A stretch of DNA of 64,000 nucleotides from a virus (Duplodnaviria; Caudoviricetes), in the IMG/VR virus record IMGVR_UViG_3300032307_000539, positions 1,629 to 65,628 of that record. One strand, written 5' to 3'. The notes under the pieces were generated by a model. It saw nothing but the letters and a program-made list of their open reading frames with translations, did not search any database and was not told where the DNA came from. Shown here piece after piece: positions 9,516-19,909 of the stretch. Both the position numbers and the translations under genes were made by a program. The first letter of the stretch is position 1, and every line of letters starts with the position of its first letter.

Positions 9516-11039
9516 TTATTTTTCATTAGCTTTTTTAGTACGGAATGAGTTTGTATTTGTATCAAAAATAAGACCTAACTCTCGGTTAAAGTAGTTTCTC
9601 ATTTTTATTTTAACATCATTACTAATGTTTTGCTCAATTGCCTTCTTGTATATATAATTGCCTATGTCCAAGACACTCTCAAAAGTTTTCTCTTTATCAT
9701 CAACATCAAGGTATTTGACGCCTCTTAATTGCTGAATAAATGCAACAGCATTATCCCCAGATAAAACTTCTGTTTTGCCTCCAATAGATGACTGGCCTAA
9801 CTTAGATGAAGCTGGGCCAGTACTGGTCCCCAAAGAGTCGGAAGATTTTTGTCTGTATTGGAAAATAGCTTCTCCCGAAGAAGGGATAAAACCCAATCCA
9901 GTAGCTACTCTATCTGAAAATTCACCTTTTTCGCCGCTTATTGTCCAAATGGTTGCTTTTTTGGAAACCATAGAAGGTTCTTTTTTACCAGCTTCTTGTA
10001 TAGCTATTTTAGTGTTAATTGTCACTGGGGAAAGCGGGTCTACAAAAGGAATTTTATTTGCAGCATTTCTTGATGAAAAACCTCTAGCCTCATCCTCTGC
10101 TTTAACATCTTTTAACTTGTAAACCTGCTTTACTTTTTCGTATAGAGCATTTGAAACGTCATCGTAATCTTCTTTTGTGTATTCTTTTTTTGGATTTCTA
10201 AACCTATCATCATTCGGAAGTAACTGATTAGCAACGTCGGCAAACAGTGCATTGCTACTCATCAAAACCTCTCTTGCTGTTTTTTTTAAGGTTTCGGAGT
10301 CTTCGTTGTCCAAGAAAGTTTTATCTATCGTTATGGAGCCATCCTCTCTCTTTCTTTGATAAACACCCACAGAACTTGCTATGTTTTGAACCAGACCTTT
10401 TCCATCCTCTCCAACTAAGCTCGTTGAAGGTATTACCGATGCCTTCCAGTTAACAACCTCGTTAAGAGTAACATACGGCTTGGACTCTCCAAAAGAATTA
10501 GTCACATTTACTAATATAGGATTTCCATCCCCCCCAACTTCTAGCCTTCCATCAGACCTTGTTTTGTAAGGAATAAACACAGTTTCCCCGTCGACATCTT
10601 TTACATCATAATTACCGTTTATTATGGAGTTAAAAGCCTCTGTAAAAGCAAGACTGGCTTTTGATATTTCTTTCTTTTCAAGAGCTTCGTTGTAGGCTTT
10701 AAAACTTTCCTTCGCTTTTCCCATTTGACTTACAAGCATATAAGCTTGTTGCTCAACTAAATTTGCCCCAGCTATGTCTCCAGCAGAAATTCTGTTGTAG
10801 TACTCAGTTTGCTTTGAAGCTAACTTTTCAGTTTGTAAAACGTCAAATTTAATGTGTCCAGTCGTTTGAGCCCTTACTTCTAGTGGCTTTACTTCTTTTT
10901 CTTTAGGCTTAGCGGCCGCTTTAGCCAACCTCTTTTCGTCTGCTTCTTGCTGAAATTTTTGAGCATTCAAAGCCACTTCTCCAAAATCAACTTTGGGAGC
11001 TGTTACAGTTGCAAATGCATTTGTTTTACCTATTGCCAT
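9516..11039 (-). CDS. putative internal virion protein
   Basis: 507 aa in the ejection-protein position. Confidence 0.5.
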   Translation of the reverse strand: MAIGKTNAFATVTAPKVDFGEVALNAQKFQQEADEKRLAKAAAKPKEKEVKPLEVRAQTTGHIKFDVLQTEKLASKQTEYYNRISAGDIAGANLVEQQAYMLVSQMGKAKESFKAYNEALEKKEISKASLAFTEAFNSIINGNYDVKDVDGETVFIPYKTRSDGRLEVGGDGNPILVNVTNSFGESKPYVTLNEVVNWKASVIPSTSLVGEDGKGLVQNIASSVGVYQRKREDGSITIDKTFLDNEDSETLKKTAREVLMSSNALFADVANQLLPNDDRFRNPKKEYTKEDYDDVSNALYEKVKQVYKLKDVKAEDEARGFSSRNAANKIPFVDPLSPVTINTKIAIQEAGKKEPSMVSKKATIWTISGEKGEFSDRVATGLGFIPSSGEAIFQYRQKSSDSLGTSTGPASSKLGQSSIGGKTEVLSGDNAVAFIQQLRGVKYLDVDDKEKTFESVLDIGNYIYKKAIEQNISNDVKIKMRNYFNRELGLIFDTNTNSFRTKKANEK

Positions 11040-11041
11040 AA

Positions 11042-11602
11042 TTACTTTTTGGAAAGAGCGTCAATATATTTCTGTGTTTGAATAGAATTAGCAATTCCTT
11101 GAGCACCACTGGTCAATCCTTGAAGGCCACCTTGAAGACCACCCATTAAAGACTGCTGTCCGGCGTTAAATTGAGAAGAAAGAGCCGCAATATCTTGCAT
11201 ATACCGTTGTTCTCTCATTCCTCTTAAATTAGCCTCTTCTTGAGCAATCATCTTACTTCTTTCAGCTAATTGTCTATCTATGTCTGCGCCTATAGCTTGA
11301 GCTTGCTTGTTTTGTTCTGCGACTAAGTTTTGGGCTCCCCCAACCAATCCTCTAACACCTCCAGCAGATAGTGAGTCCATAGCCGTCCCTACGGCAGAAG
11401 ACAACATTTCTTTTTGCATTTCGGCTCCCTTAGTAGCCACTTGTATTCCTTCTGCATAGTTTTGTAACTCAGGGACTTTATATTGCTCTAAAGCTTTTTG
11501 AGCATCCTTTTGCATTTCAGCTCCTTTTATTGCCTGAAAGATTCCTCCCCCGGCAGACGCTAATCCAGTAGCACCCATTATAAAACTTGTTGCTGCCGCC
11601 AT
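11042..11602 (-). CDS. Gly/Ala/Gln-rich ejection protein (T7 gp14-like role)
   Basis: Hydrophobic Gly-rich N- and C-termini with a central coiled coil; synteny. Confidence 0.6.
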   Translation of the reverse strand: MAAATSFIMGATGLASAGGGIFQAIKGAEMQKDAQKALEQYKVPELQNYAEGIQVATKGAEMQKEMLSSAVGTAMDSLSAGGVRGLVGGAQNLVAEQNKQAQAIGADIDRQLAERSKMIAQEEANLRGMREQRYMQDIAALSSQFNAGQQSLMGGLQGGLQGLTSGAQGIANSIQTQKYIDALSKK

Positions 11603-11603
11603 A

Positions 11604-11999
11604 TTATTTTAATATTTTTACTAATTCAACACAATTTTGACTTCCTATTTGAAAGTCGTTTTTAACATAATCGTTTATTAAAGAGTGGTTTTTTAAAGAG
11701 GCATACCCAATTCTGTATCCCATCTGTTTCCCAATTTCACAAAGAGATGAAATCAAATACGAAATTGATTGTCTTCTCAATGGCTTGTCTTTTACGTTTG
11801 GATTTGATACTATAAACTCAATCCAACACATTGCAGAGTTGGTTTTGTATAAAAAACCGGCACACACGGGTATTTCTCCATCAAATACCATTATTCCAGT
11901 TTGCGGTAAACAATCGGCTGGAGGCGCAGTAAATCTCCAAAAAGACCACCATTCGCACAACATTCCGTAATCATTATACGTTACAAATCTGTAATTCAT
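11604..11999 (-). CDS. GNAT-fold acetyltransferase-like virion assembly protein
   Basis: GIMVFDGEIPVCAGFLY...WIEFIVSNP; T7 gp13-like position. Confidence 0.6.
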   Translation of the reverse strand: MNYRFVTYNDYGMLCEWWSFWRFTAPPADCLPQTGIMVFDGEIPVCAGFLYKTNSAMCWIEFIVSNPNVKDKPLRRQSISYLISSLCEIGKQMGYRIGYASLKNHSLINDYVKNDFQIGSQNCVELVKILK

Positions 12000-12020
12000 A
12001 GTACTGCAAAGATATGAATA

Positions 12021-12779
12021 TTATTGATACGATTTGACGGCATCGGCGTTTAAAGCGTAAAGAGTGGTCTCTGTTGAGTGACTTTCTGTTGTTAGCTTAA
12101 CCTTTGCGTAAACTCCTTTTACACCGTAACTTTCCGCTATTGGGTTTTTAGCAACAAAAACAATTCCGCCGGCAGGATAAGAATATGGGGTAACAGGAGC
12201 CTGAATGGTTATGGAATTACCCGTGTAAGCAGTGACAGTTGAAACCGGTTCGTAAGATTGTGTGTTTGGGCTGTATATACAAAGAATGTCTCCAATAGAA
12301 ACAACGTTTGGTATATTGCTAAAAGAAAATACGTTTGATAAAAAAGACGTTGGAACACCAATTCCCTGTATTGACAGTAGGTCAAAATTAAGAGTTGAGT
12401 TTGCATCTCTCCTTATGAATGCATAATGCTCACCCTCTCTTACACTAAAACTTTCTCTGTTGATGTGACCAGAATCTAAATTTGTCTCTATCAACAAATC
12501 AAAGTTATTCACATTTGCCTCGATGCAAATTGTCTTAAACTCTTTAACCTCACTAGGGGCTTGATTAATAACTGTTTGTATGTAAGACGGGAAAACCTCG
12601 TAGTTTCCATTGTTATTATAAAATCTGTTTATAGGGGCAGAGCTGACATTGTGAAGTGCCAGCTTACCCTTTTTAAACGTATACATATCGCCTTTAATTT
12701 TAACGTAAGACTCTGGCTCAAAAGACCAGTTGGAAGTCCAACCGTTATTTTTCTCGTCAAAAGAAATTGTTTTTCCCAT
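12021..12779 (-). CDS. tail muzzle/stabilization protein, C-terminal part
   Basis: Starts TISFDEKNNGWTSNWSFEPE, typical of the distal part of crAss-like stabilization proteins; ends with G.YAKVKL. Confidence 0.6.
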   Translation of the reverse strand: MGKTISFDEKNNGWTSNWSFEPESYVKIKGDMYTFKKGKLALHNVSSAPINRFYNNNGNYEVFPSYIQTVINQAPSEVKEFKTICIEANVNNFDLLIETNLDSGHINRESFSVREGEHYAFIRRDANSTLNFDLLSIQGIGVPTSFLSNVFSFSNIPNVVSIGDILCIYSPNTQSYEPVSTVTAYTGNSITIQAPVTPYSYPAGGIVFVAKNPIAESYGVKGVYAKVKLTTESHSTETTLYALNADAVKSYQ

Positions 12780-12780
12780 A

Positions 12781-15700
12781 TTAAATGCTACAAAATAATG
12801 ATTCTGAATACGTATTGTATTGCTCTTGTAAAATTATATTTCCTCCAATCTGTGTTACAGAACCCGGTCTACAACATATTACAGGGTCTCCAATCTCGTC
12901 GTTAAACACGTATTCCTTGTATAAAAATGGATTTCCGTTAGACACGATAGGTATTGTAAATTCAATTGTCTGAACATTATCAAGACAGTCTGTGTACTGA
13001 AACTCAATAACTTCATTCTCTCCTTCTAATACGTTTGACAAATACTTGAATGAGGTAAATCTAAAGCAAGATTCTGAAGAGTTAACAGTTATATTTATGC
13101 TTCCTTGATAGCTACATCCAAACTCATCTGTAACAGAGTATATAATGAAGTCAGAACTTCCGCTTTCGTTTGTATATACAATATCGTTGTCAACAACCTC
13201 TGCTGTACCATTTGATGCTCCGGAAACTATACCTACAATTACACTTCCTTCGTAAGTATCGTTTCCAAGTACATTTATTGTTAGGGTCTCTCCCTCGTTT
13301 AGAGATACATTGTCATCCTCAACAGATATTTTAGAAGCGCAATCCCAAACAATGTATAGTTTAGAATTTACAGAAGGTTTTGAAAACACAAAAGAACCGC
13401 TAGCAAAGTTTCCTGAAAAGTCGAGAGATAACCAAACTGCTTCGTCAAGAACCTGATTTACATCTAAAGAGTCTTCTGTTACAAAATACCCAATTCTGTT
13501 GCATGGCTTGAAGTCAAAAGAACCGTCCTTAGCGTAAACGTTAATTGTAGCTCCATCCTGTGGTATTTCATTTATACCCTCTTGACCGATTAAGTTTTCA
13601 AATCTAGACACTCCATCTGATTCAAAAACTTCGTTATTTGAGTTTCCACCTACAACGCCAATTAATGGATTAGACCAACTGTACCCAGTCTGCATTGATT
13701 TACCTGCGTCTGTATCGTCATTGACAACAAGTAGAACAACTTCTCCTTCGTTTAGTTCGGGGCACTCAGCCTGAATGGTGTATTGAGAAGAGTCTTCCTC
13801 CGTGCTCAATGTGATAATCACTAAATCAGCAACAGTGTTCTTTTCGTACTCCACAACACCTGACCCTTCCAATCTACTGTATGTAGATACGTTTTCTCCA
13901 TCAGAAACAACCATTCTTGATTCAGAAGAAAAATTGTAAGGTATATTCATTGTAAACGACTGCTTAGGAGCCGGCACGTTAAACACTATTTCTTCGTCGG
14001 GAATAATAGTTCCTGATACAGTTAAGTTACAGGGAGTTTCAACATCTTCAACTGGTTTTTCTAAATCGGAAAAAGTTAAATAGTACTGCTGCTTTTTATC
14101 GTCAAATCCACCAAAAATAAAATTATTGATGTATTGGTCGAATAACTTAACAAATTCAGCAATCATTCCGTAAACAGATATTGGTTGAATACCATCTCCT
14201 CCCAATCTTAGTACAGCTCTTTTATTTGCGTCCGCAAAATATATTGAGTTGCCGTAAAAAGCAAAAGATTCCGGGTTATTCCCAATACCAAACTCACCAG
14301 CATACGGAACTTCATTTCCCAAGACACTTTCTACAGAAGCGACCTGTCCTCCTCCAACTGAGTCAAAAAGTATGTTTTTAGTGTACAATATATTGTGAAC
14401 TTTATATTGCTGAAAAACAATTAAATTCGTGTCTTTAGTAAATAGCTTTTGAATAGAACCATATCTATCATCCAAGTCTTTGTAGTTAGCTCTTGATAAG
14501 TTAAATTCATTAAGAGAATTGTAATTCGACGTTTCGTCAAAAGCTCCGCTATAAGTTAAAGATGCAATATTCCTGTTCGCTTTGTATCCGTCTATCTCCA
14601 CTCCATTTCCTCTCGTAGCGGTGGACAAAAAGTTTCCATTAAACTTATCTCTTACAATGTAGCTTTCGGCTCCATTCCCTTGAGAATAACAGTTAAAATA
14701 GTTAAGGGTTATTTCACAAGGCGTATTTGCCGATATGTCTTGGTCTTCGTCAGAGCTGTATTTTCCTAAATGATTCCCAGACCCATCAATCAAGTAGGTA
14801 TCTTGAGTTTCGTAGAATATCTGAGAAGATTTATCTTTTGGGTCTGTTTCAAAAATAAGTAAGTTATCAGAAGATAATATAGTTATTTTCGTGTACATAA
14901 ACGTTCTGTTCTGTGCGTTACCATTCATTATACTTGTAACACCACAGTACAAATAACCAGTCCCTGTAATTGGGTTTTGATTCTGAGGAAGTGATGGGTC
15001 TAAACCATCCTCTACTCTAAAGAAATTTGTAGTGAAAGGATTCGCAGACACAACTTCGGCCTGATAAAAATCATAGAAGTTAGCATACGTATTTAAAGCC
15101 ACAAAGTCTTTTTCAAAAACATATCTGCCTCCATTACTTCCTCCTTTTTCATTTCTGTAAAAAATAGTAACTTTAGAACCAGCCTTAATCTCGTAATCAG
15201 TATACGAAGTTCCATCAAATGTCGTAAACAAAGAAGACCTTGCCGTGGCTGAACCATTCCTTATAGCTGAGTTAGCCTCTACCTCCTTGTATATTTGCTC
15301 TGCATTAGCAAAATCAATAGAGTATATGTTTTTGATTTTTATGTAGTTCCCGGCCGGCTCCTCAAAAGTAGTGGATTGAATAAAGTCTGGTGCTTGAGTT
15401 CTGTAATCTAAAACCTCTATTTTAGTTAGCACATCGGTAGGCCCGTCCAAATCTCTTTTTAGTATCAAATTATCCCCAACAGCTACCTTTTGGTTTTCTA
15501 GACCCTCTAGCTTCAACCAAAGATAATTCCCGTCCTTAAAAACAAATGTTGCGTAAATATTTTGATACTCAAGCTTATTGTCTTTAACGAATATTTTGTA
15601 CCTATTCGCCCACGCAGGAGCTTTGTGGTTAATGTTGATTTTTATTTGGTTTTTTTTGTCGCTTTCCGATATAGGTATAAAGACAGTTCCGTCTGAAATA

Positions 15701-17403
15701 GTTTCATTTGCAATAACAGTGCTATATCTTCCGGACCCGTCTAAGTAAACAATGCCACATTCATAACTTCTGTTTGTTTTACAACTAGCGAATGCGCTTC
15801 CTTCACTTAAAGTCGCGACAAAAGACATCTCTGTAAACTTGAAATATTCTATAAAGTTTGTTTCATCGTATACTTCTGGAGTGGTTGGATAATTAGTCCA
15901 CACACGGTGTTTCACAAATGGCAGCTTGATGTTCAACAAGTTAACATCTGTAGAAGATATTATTTGAAATGGCTGAAACTTATCAGGATATGTATTATCC
16001 TCATTATCAACGGGAATTATTTGCGATTGGTTTTTAAAGTTTTCAGTAGCTACAACAGATATGAAGTTTATAAAGTCAGGGTCAAGAGACAGCTCTTGAG
16101 CGTTATTATAATCTTTGGCACAATAATATGATATGTCGCAGTTATAAACACTTCCTCCAAAAAATATTCCAGAAAATGAAGACGTATTGGATGTTGCAAT
16201 AAGCGATATGTTTATCACGTTGTCTTTTCTAATCGGTGTATTAGTAAAGTCTATTGAGACCACATCATTAACAATGTTAATGTCTGAAAAAGAAGGAGGA
16301 ACTTCAGAGTCAGAAAAACTTTCAGAAACATAGTTAACATCAAAATCCGCCTTTACCTCATCACCATCAATGTCAACCAAGTCTCTACCCTCTACGTAAT
16401 TTCCGTAAATCAACCTGTTTCCAATAAATTCTTGAGCCTGAGCTTTTAGAGGTACGTTGTCAAAAAGTCTTTTTATTTCGTCCTCTGCTAAAATGCTATA
16501 TATTTTGTTGTTGGAGAACACAAAGTCCTTGGTCGTATTGTCTGACCAGAATTTCTTGCTCTTATTGAATGTGTCAATTATGTATACAAAACTAGAGTTG
16601 CTCTCTCTGAAAACCAATTGGACATCAGTTACGTTTCTATCTCCAGTATTAAATTCAACCTTTACTCCGTTAAACTGATTTATCATACCAGAGTTTTCCT
16701 GAGTAAGATAGTCAAGTCTAAAGTTAGCAGGGTAGAACTGAGGATTTGAAAATGTAGACAAAGCACTGTACTCACCGTCAATATACTTATATCGATAAGC
16801 AAAAGATAAAAACCTTTCCTTTATGTTGTTTTCAACACCCGTACCCACAATAGCGGGAGTACACACAGGAGCCTCAAAGGGTGGCTTTTTGTAGAGAGAT
16901 ATATCATCACTGTTGAATCCATTTAAACCATATCCCTTAGCTCTCCCTATATTTACGCATCTAATGTCGTTTAGATTGTCAGTCCAAACTAATAGTTTTT
17001 GTTGGTTAAATGAATTGTAAATTACATTAATACCGGTAACATAGTATTTTGGGTCGAAGTTTAAAACATTGCTACCAGCATCTCTATCGTCTTCAAGAAC
17101 TACAGATGTGTTTCCGCTTAACTCACTGTATTCTAATACTAAGTTTTTAGTAGGCGAATAAACAAGCCAGTATATACAAGAATTTGCCTCATCAGCTATA
17201 GAGCCAATACATATAGATTCCTCTGGAAGTTGGTATGTTGACACAAACTCAAGCCCATATACGTTTTGAACGGACCCAACTTTTTGCCCTTCGCTATTTG
17301 ATACGATAACGTTTAAAGCGTCAATATACTCCCCGTCAGGTACAAGTCTAAGGTCTAAATCCTTATTCATTTTACCCGAAACAAATTGTCTTTTTAACTC
17401 CAT
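12781..17403 (-). CDS. tail muzzle/stabilization protein (P22 gp10/crAss-like) with C-terminal Ig/cadherin-like extension
   Basis: GKMNKDLDLRLVPDGEYIDALN N-terminus, FAYRYKY.DGEYSALS, GNRLIYGNY, FGIGNNPESFA. Confidence 0.8.
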   Translation of the reverse strand: MELKRQFVSGKMNKDLDLRLVPDGEYIDALNVIVSNSEGQKVGSVQNVYGLEFVSTYQLPEESICIGSIADEANSCIYWLVYSPTKNLVLEYSELSGNTSVVLEDDRDAGSNVLNFDPKYYVTGINVIYNSFNQQKLLVWTDNLNDIRCVNIGRAKGYGLNGFNSDDISLYKKPPFEAPVCTPAIVGTGVENNIKERFLSFAYRYKYIDGEYSALSTFSNPQFYPANFRLDYLTQENSGMINQFNGVKVEFNTGDRNVTDVQLVFRESNSSFVYIIDTFNKSKKFWSDNTTKDFVFSNNKIYSILAEDEIKRLFDNVPLKAQAQEFIGNRLIYGNYVEGRDLVDIDGDEVKADFDVNYVSESFSDSEVPPSFSDINIVNDVVSIDFTNTPIRKDNVINISLIATSNTSSFSGIFFGGSVYNCDISYYCAKDYNNAQELSLDPDFINFISVVATENFKNQSQIIPVDNEDNTYPDKFQPFQIISSTDVNLLNIKLPFVKHRVWTNYPTTPEVYDETNFIEYFKFTEMSFVATLSEGSAFASCKTNRSYECGIVYLDGSGRYSTVIANETISDGTVFIPISESDKKNQIKININHKAPAWANRYKIFVKDNKLEYQNIYATFVFKDGNYLWLKLEGLENQKVAVGDNLILKRDLDGPTDVLTKIEVLDYRTQAPDFIQSTTFEEPAGNYIKIKNIYSIDFANAEQIYKEVEANSAIRNGSATARSSLFTTFDGTSYTDYEIKAGSKVTIFYRNEKGGSNGGRYVFEKDFVALNTYANFYDFYQAEVVSANPFTTNFFRVEDGLDPSLPQNQNPITGTGYLYCGVTSIMNGNAQNRTFMYTKITILSSDNLLIFETDPKDKSSQIFYETQDTYLIDGSGNHLGKYSSDEDQDISANTPCEITLNYFNCYSQGNGAESYIVRDKFNGNFLSTATRGNGVEIDGYKANRNIASLTYSGAFDETSNYNSLNEFNLSRANYKDLDDRYGSIQKLFTKDTNLIVFQQYKVHNILYTKNILFDSVGGGQVASVESVLGNEVPYAGEFGIGNNPESFAFYGNSIYFADANKRAVLRLGGDGIQPISVYGMIAEFVKLFDQYINNFIFGGFDDKKQQYYLTFSDLEKPVEDVETPCNLTVSGTIIPDEEIVFNVPAPKQSFTMNIPYNFSSESRMVVSDGENVSTYSRLEGSGVVEYEKNTVADLVIITLSTEEDSSQYTIQAECPELNEGEVVLLVVNDDTDAGKSMQTGYSWSNPLIGVVGGNSNNEVFESDGVSRFENLIGQEGINEIPQDGATINVYAKDGSFDFKPCNRIGYFVTEDSLDVNQVLDEAVWLSLDFSGNFASGSFVFSKPSVNSKLYIVWDCASKISVEDDNVSLNEGETLTINVLGNDTYEGSVIVGIVSGASNGTAEVVDNDIVYTNESGSSDFIIYSVTDEFGCSYQGSINITVNSSESCFRFTSFKYLSNVLEGENEVIEFQYTDCLDNVQTIEFTIPIVSNGNPFLYKEYVFNDEIGDPVICCRPGSVTQIGGNIILQEQYNTYSESLFCSI

Positions 17404-18287
17404 TATTTAATCCAGTTTGTTTGGCTTCTCATAGATTGTAACAACTCATCATATCTAAGATTCATTAATCTTATTTTAGTGTTGTTTCTAATAGCCTTAA
17501 ATTCGTCTTTTGCTCGTCTTACAATGTATTCTTGAATACCAACTTTATTGGTTAATATCTCGGCTTTTATGAAGTGATACAAGTATTTTTCAGCAAGTTT
17601 ATTTACCTTTAATTCCGACTCACTTAAATCAGAAAGACCATCAGAAATATACTCGATAACAATAGTTTTGTCTTGTAATTCAGAACTAAATCGAATAAAT
17701 CCCTTGTCTTTTTCAATCATAAAACTTCCATTTCTGTTGGCTTTCTTCCCATCCATCCCGAATCTAGCTCCATATAAGTAGCCTTGACCAGCCTCGAATG
17801 GATACCCTAACTCAAAGGAAGTTCTATTTGCATTGACTAGAGGAGACTGCCCCTGCAATGTTTCTGATAAAGGCGTTCCTTCAAGAGCGTCTCCATTATT
17901 ATCAAACATTACATTGTAATTGTTGTCCTGTAAATATGCCACAGATATTGCGTTGCTATTGTTTTGAATTAAAGGACGTAAATTTCCGTTCTCGTCTACA
18001 TAGCTTATTCTAACATAGTTTATATAATCCTTTGGAAGTGGCATTTTTAAATCTTGAGCAACCTCTAGTTCTAAGGCACGAACCTCTCTTCCGGCGTCAT
18101 AATTTAACTCCTGAAGACCTCTTTTTGCGTGAAATATAACCTCGTATCTTTTGCAGTCATTGATAACCTTGTCATCACCAACATACATTATATAGAAGTT
18201 GTTTATGATTTCCTTTAACAAAACATATTGGTACTCACCCCAGTTATTTTCGTCTTCGTAGTATTGTTGGTCTGTAAGTTGTAACAT
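17403..18287 (-). CDS. tail ring/adaptor structural protein
   Basis: FHAKRGLQELNYD, LPKDYINYVRIS, IEYISDGL; synteny. Confidence 0.7.
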   Translation of the reverse strand: MLQLTDQQYYEDENNWGEYQYVLLKEIINNFYIMYVGDDKVINDCKRYEVIFHAKRGLQELNYDAGREVRALELEVAQDLKMPLPKDYINYVRISYVDENGNLRPLIQNNSNAISVAYLQDNNYNVMFDNNGDALEGTPLSETLQGQSPLVNANRTSFELGYPFEAGQGYLYGARFGMDGKKANRNGSFMIEKDKGFIRFSSELQDKTIVIEYISDGLSDLSESELKVNKLAEKYLYHFIKAEILTNKVGIQEYIVRRAKDEFKAIRNNTKIRLMNLRYDELLQSMRSQTNWIK

Positions 18288-18973
18288 TATTGCGTTCTAT
18301 TTGTTATCATTTCGTGTTCTTCAATTGCTTTTGCGGCAACAACAATATCTTGTTCTCTTATGTTCAAACCAGCATACTTTAAAATACGCATAGTTATCTC
18401 CATCTTGTCGTCATATCCAATCTCAAAGTCTTGATAGTTTGGGTCGGACGGATTAAACACGGCGTCCTCACCAACCATAAAGTAAGTCCAATTAGGGTCT
18501 TTTGGTAGCCTGAAGTAAACCAACTCAACACCATCCTCTATAGTGTCTGGATATACTTTGTAAGTGCCGTCATATTTGACATAAGCCGGATATAAAAGAG
18601 AAGGAGCTGTTAAGTTGCTTTCCAATAAAAACCACAGTTTATCCCTTCCTATATTTTCAATCTCCTTACTATTGTAGAGAAGATTTATTGTAACGTAAAA
18701 ATCATTAGGTTCCTCAAAAATACCATTGTTGTATGTTAACGAAGTTGGAGCAACAATAAACTTGTCTAGGTTTTCCTTGGTCTTTTTTAATATTTCTTTT
18801 TCATTAATACGAGATTCCCTAACTACAGACGCTCTATTATGTCTATGAAAATAACCATCAACAATTTCCTGTTGAGCCTGTTTTGCAAAAGTGTTAAATT
18901 CAAGAGGGGTAATATATCCTCGACTTTCCTTGTTTAATATGAAGTGAACAAGGTTTCTTATGTCGTTAATCAT
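18287..18973 (-). CDS. tail ring/head-tail connector protein
   Basis: ILNKESRGYITPLEFNTFAKQAQ, YFRLPKDPNW; synteny. Confidence 0.7.
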   Translation of the reverse strand: MINDIRNLVHFILNKESRGYITPLEFNTFAKQAQQEIVDGYFHRHNRASVVRESRINEKEILKKTKENLDKFIVAPTSLTYNNGIFEEPNDFYVTINLLYNSKEIENIGRDKLWFLLESNLTAPSLLYPAYVKYDGTYKVYPDTIEDGVELVYFRLPKDPNWTYFMVGEDAVFNPSDPNYQDFEIGYDDKMEITMRILKYAGLNIREQDIVVAAKAIEEHEMITNRTQ

Positions 18974-18998
18974 AATGTCAAATTTTATGCAAATTTAC

Positions 18999-19027
18999 AA
19001 AAAAAAAGCACCCCGTTTCCGGAGTGC
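18999..19027 (-). terminator. intrinsic terminator
   Basis: GC hairpin followed by a U-run on the minus strand, after the 257 aa gene. Confidence 0.6.
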
Positions 19028-19051
19028 CAAAAGAGAAAAATATTATAAGGC

Positions 19052-19825
19052 TTATAGTGATTCGCTAATTTTAGAAAGCACGTCCATACCCTCGTCCGTT
19101 AGGAAGAATGAAGCCATTGCTGAGTAAACGTTTTCTCCAAAAGGTACTGTTAAAATTTTCCCTCCTTCTTTCGCCCAAGTTACATTTCGTCCGTCTCTGC
19201 TGATTTTGATAATACCCATATCTACAGCTCGAACTGCAATGTTTCTAAACTTGACAATATCATCATCCACAAGAGCCATAAACTCTTTTGGGTTTTTACG
19301 AGCGTAAACCATTAAGTCACGTCGAAGTTCAGATGAAGATAATCGGTCTACTTTATTCTTGAAAATCACTCGCCCAACGGCCTCTAAATCCTCAATAGCC
19401 ATTTCTTTTACTTGAATCTGAGCGTTTAGTACAACCAACTCTTCATCGTAATCCTTTTGAGCTTTTTGCTCTGGATTGAACTCATAGAATACTTTTCCGT
19501 TGTCCGGGTGGTAAATTGATAAAAATTTTTGTAACTCAACATTTTCTTTAGGGACGATTAGTTTCCCGTTCTCCATGACAATTTGAGTTGTTACAGCATA
19601 CCCATCTTGCTCATCTAAGAATACAGAAGACTGATTGTCGCAATAACGTAAAGCTCGATTCTTTTCACCGTCAAAATACAATAGTGGTTTTGATGGAGCG
19701 TGCTTAGAACGGATAGCGTAAGTAATTGGAGTTGCATCTCCTTTTAAAATGTAAGTTCTGTCCTTGAACTCAAAAGTTTCTTCAGTAGGTCTTTCAACCA
19801 CTTGCTTTGGTTTTCTTCCAGCCAT
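19052..19825 (-). CDS. conserved protein downstream of the capsid gene
   Basis: 257 aa ORF with its own TATATTTG promoter element (19852-19859, minus). Confidence 0.6.
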   Translation of the reverse strand: MAGRKPKQVVERPTEETFEFKDRTYILKGDATPITYAIRSKHAPSKPLLYFDGEKNRALRYCDNQSSVFLDEQDGYAVTTQIVMENGKLIVPKENVELQKFLSIYHPDNGKVFYEFNPEQKAQKDYDEELVVLNAQIQVKEMAIEDLEAVGRVIFKNKVDRLSSSELRRDLMVYARKNPKEFMALVDDDIVKFRNIAVRAVDMGIIKISRDGRNVTWAKEGGKILTVPFGENVYSAMASFFLTDEGMDVLSKISESL

Positions 19826-19860
19826 ATTAAATTAGATTAAAAATGATGGTGCAAATATAC

Positions 19861-19893
19861 AAAAAAAAAGAGAGGCATAAGCCCCTCTTCTTT
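19861..19893 (-). terminator. intrinsic terminator after the capsid gene
   Basis: AAGAGGGGC-TTAT-GCCTCTCTT hairpin plus U-run on the minus strand. Confidence 0.7.
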
Positions 19894-19909
19894 GTAGTGT
19901 AGATTACTA

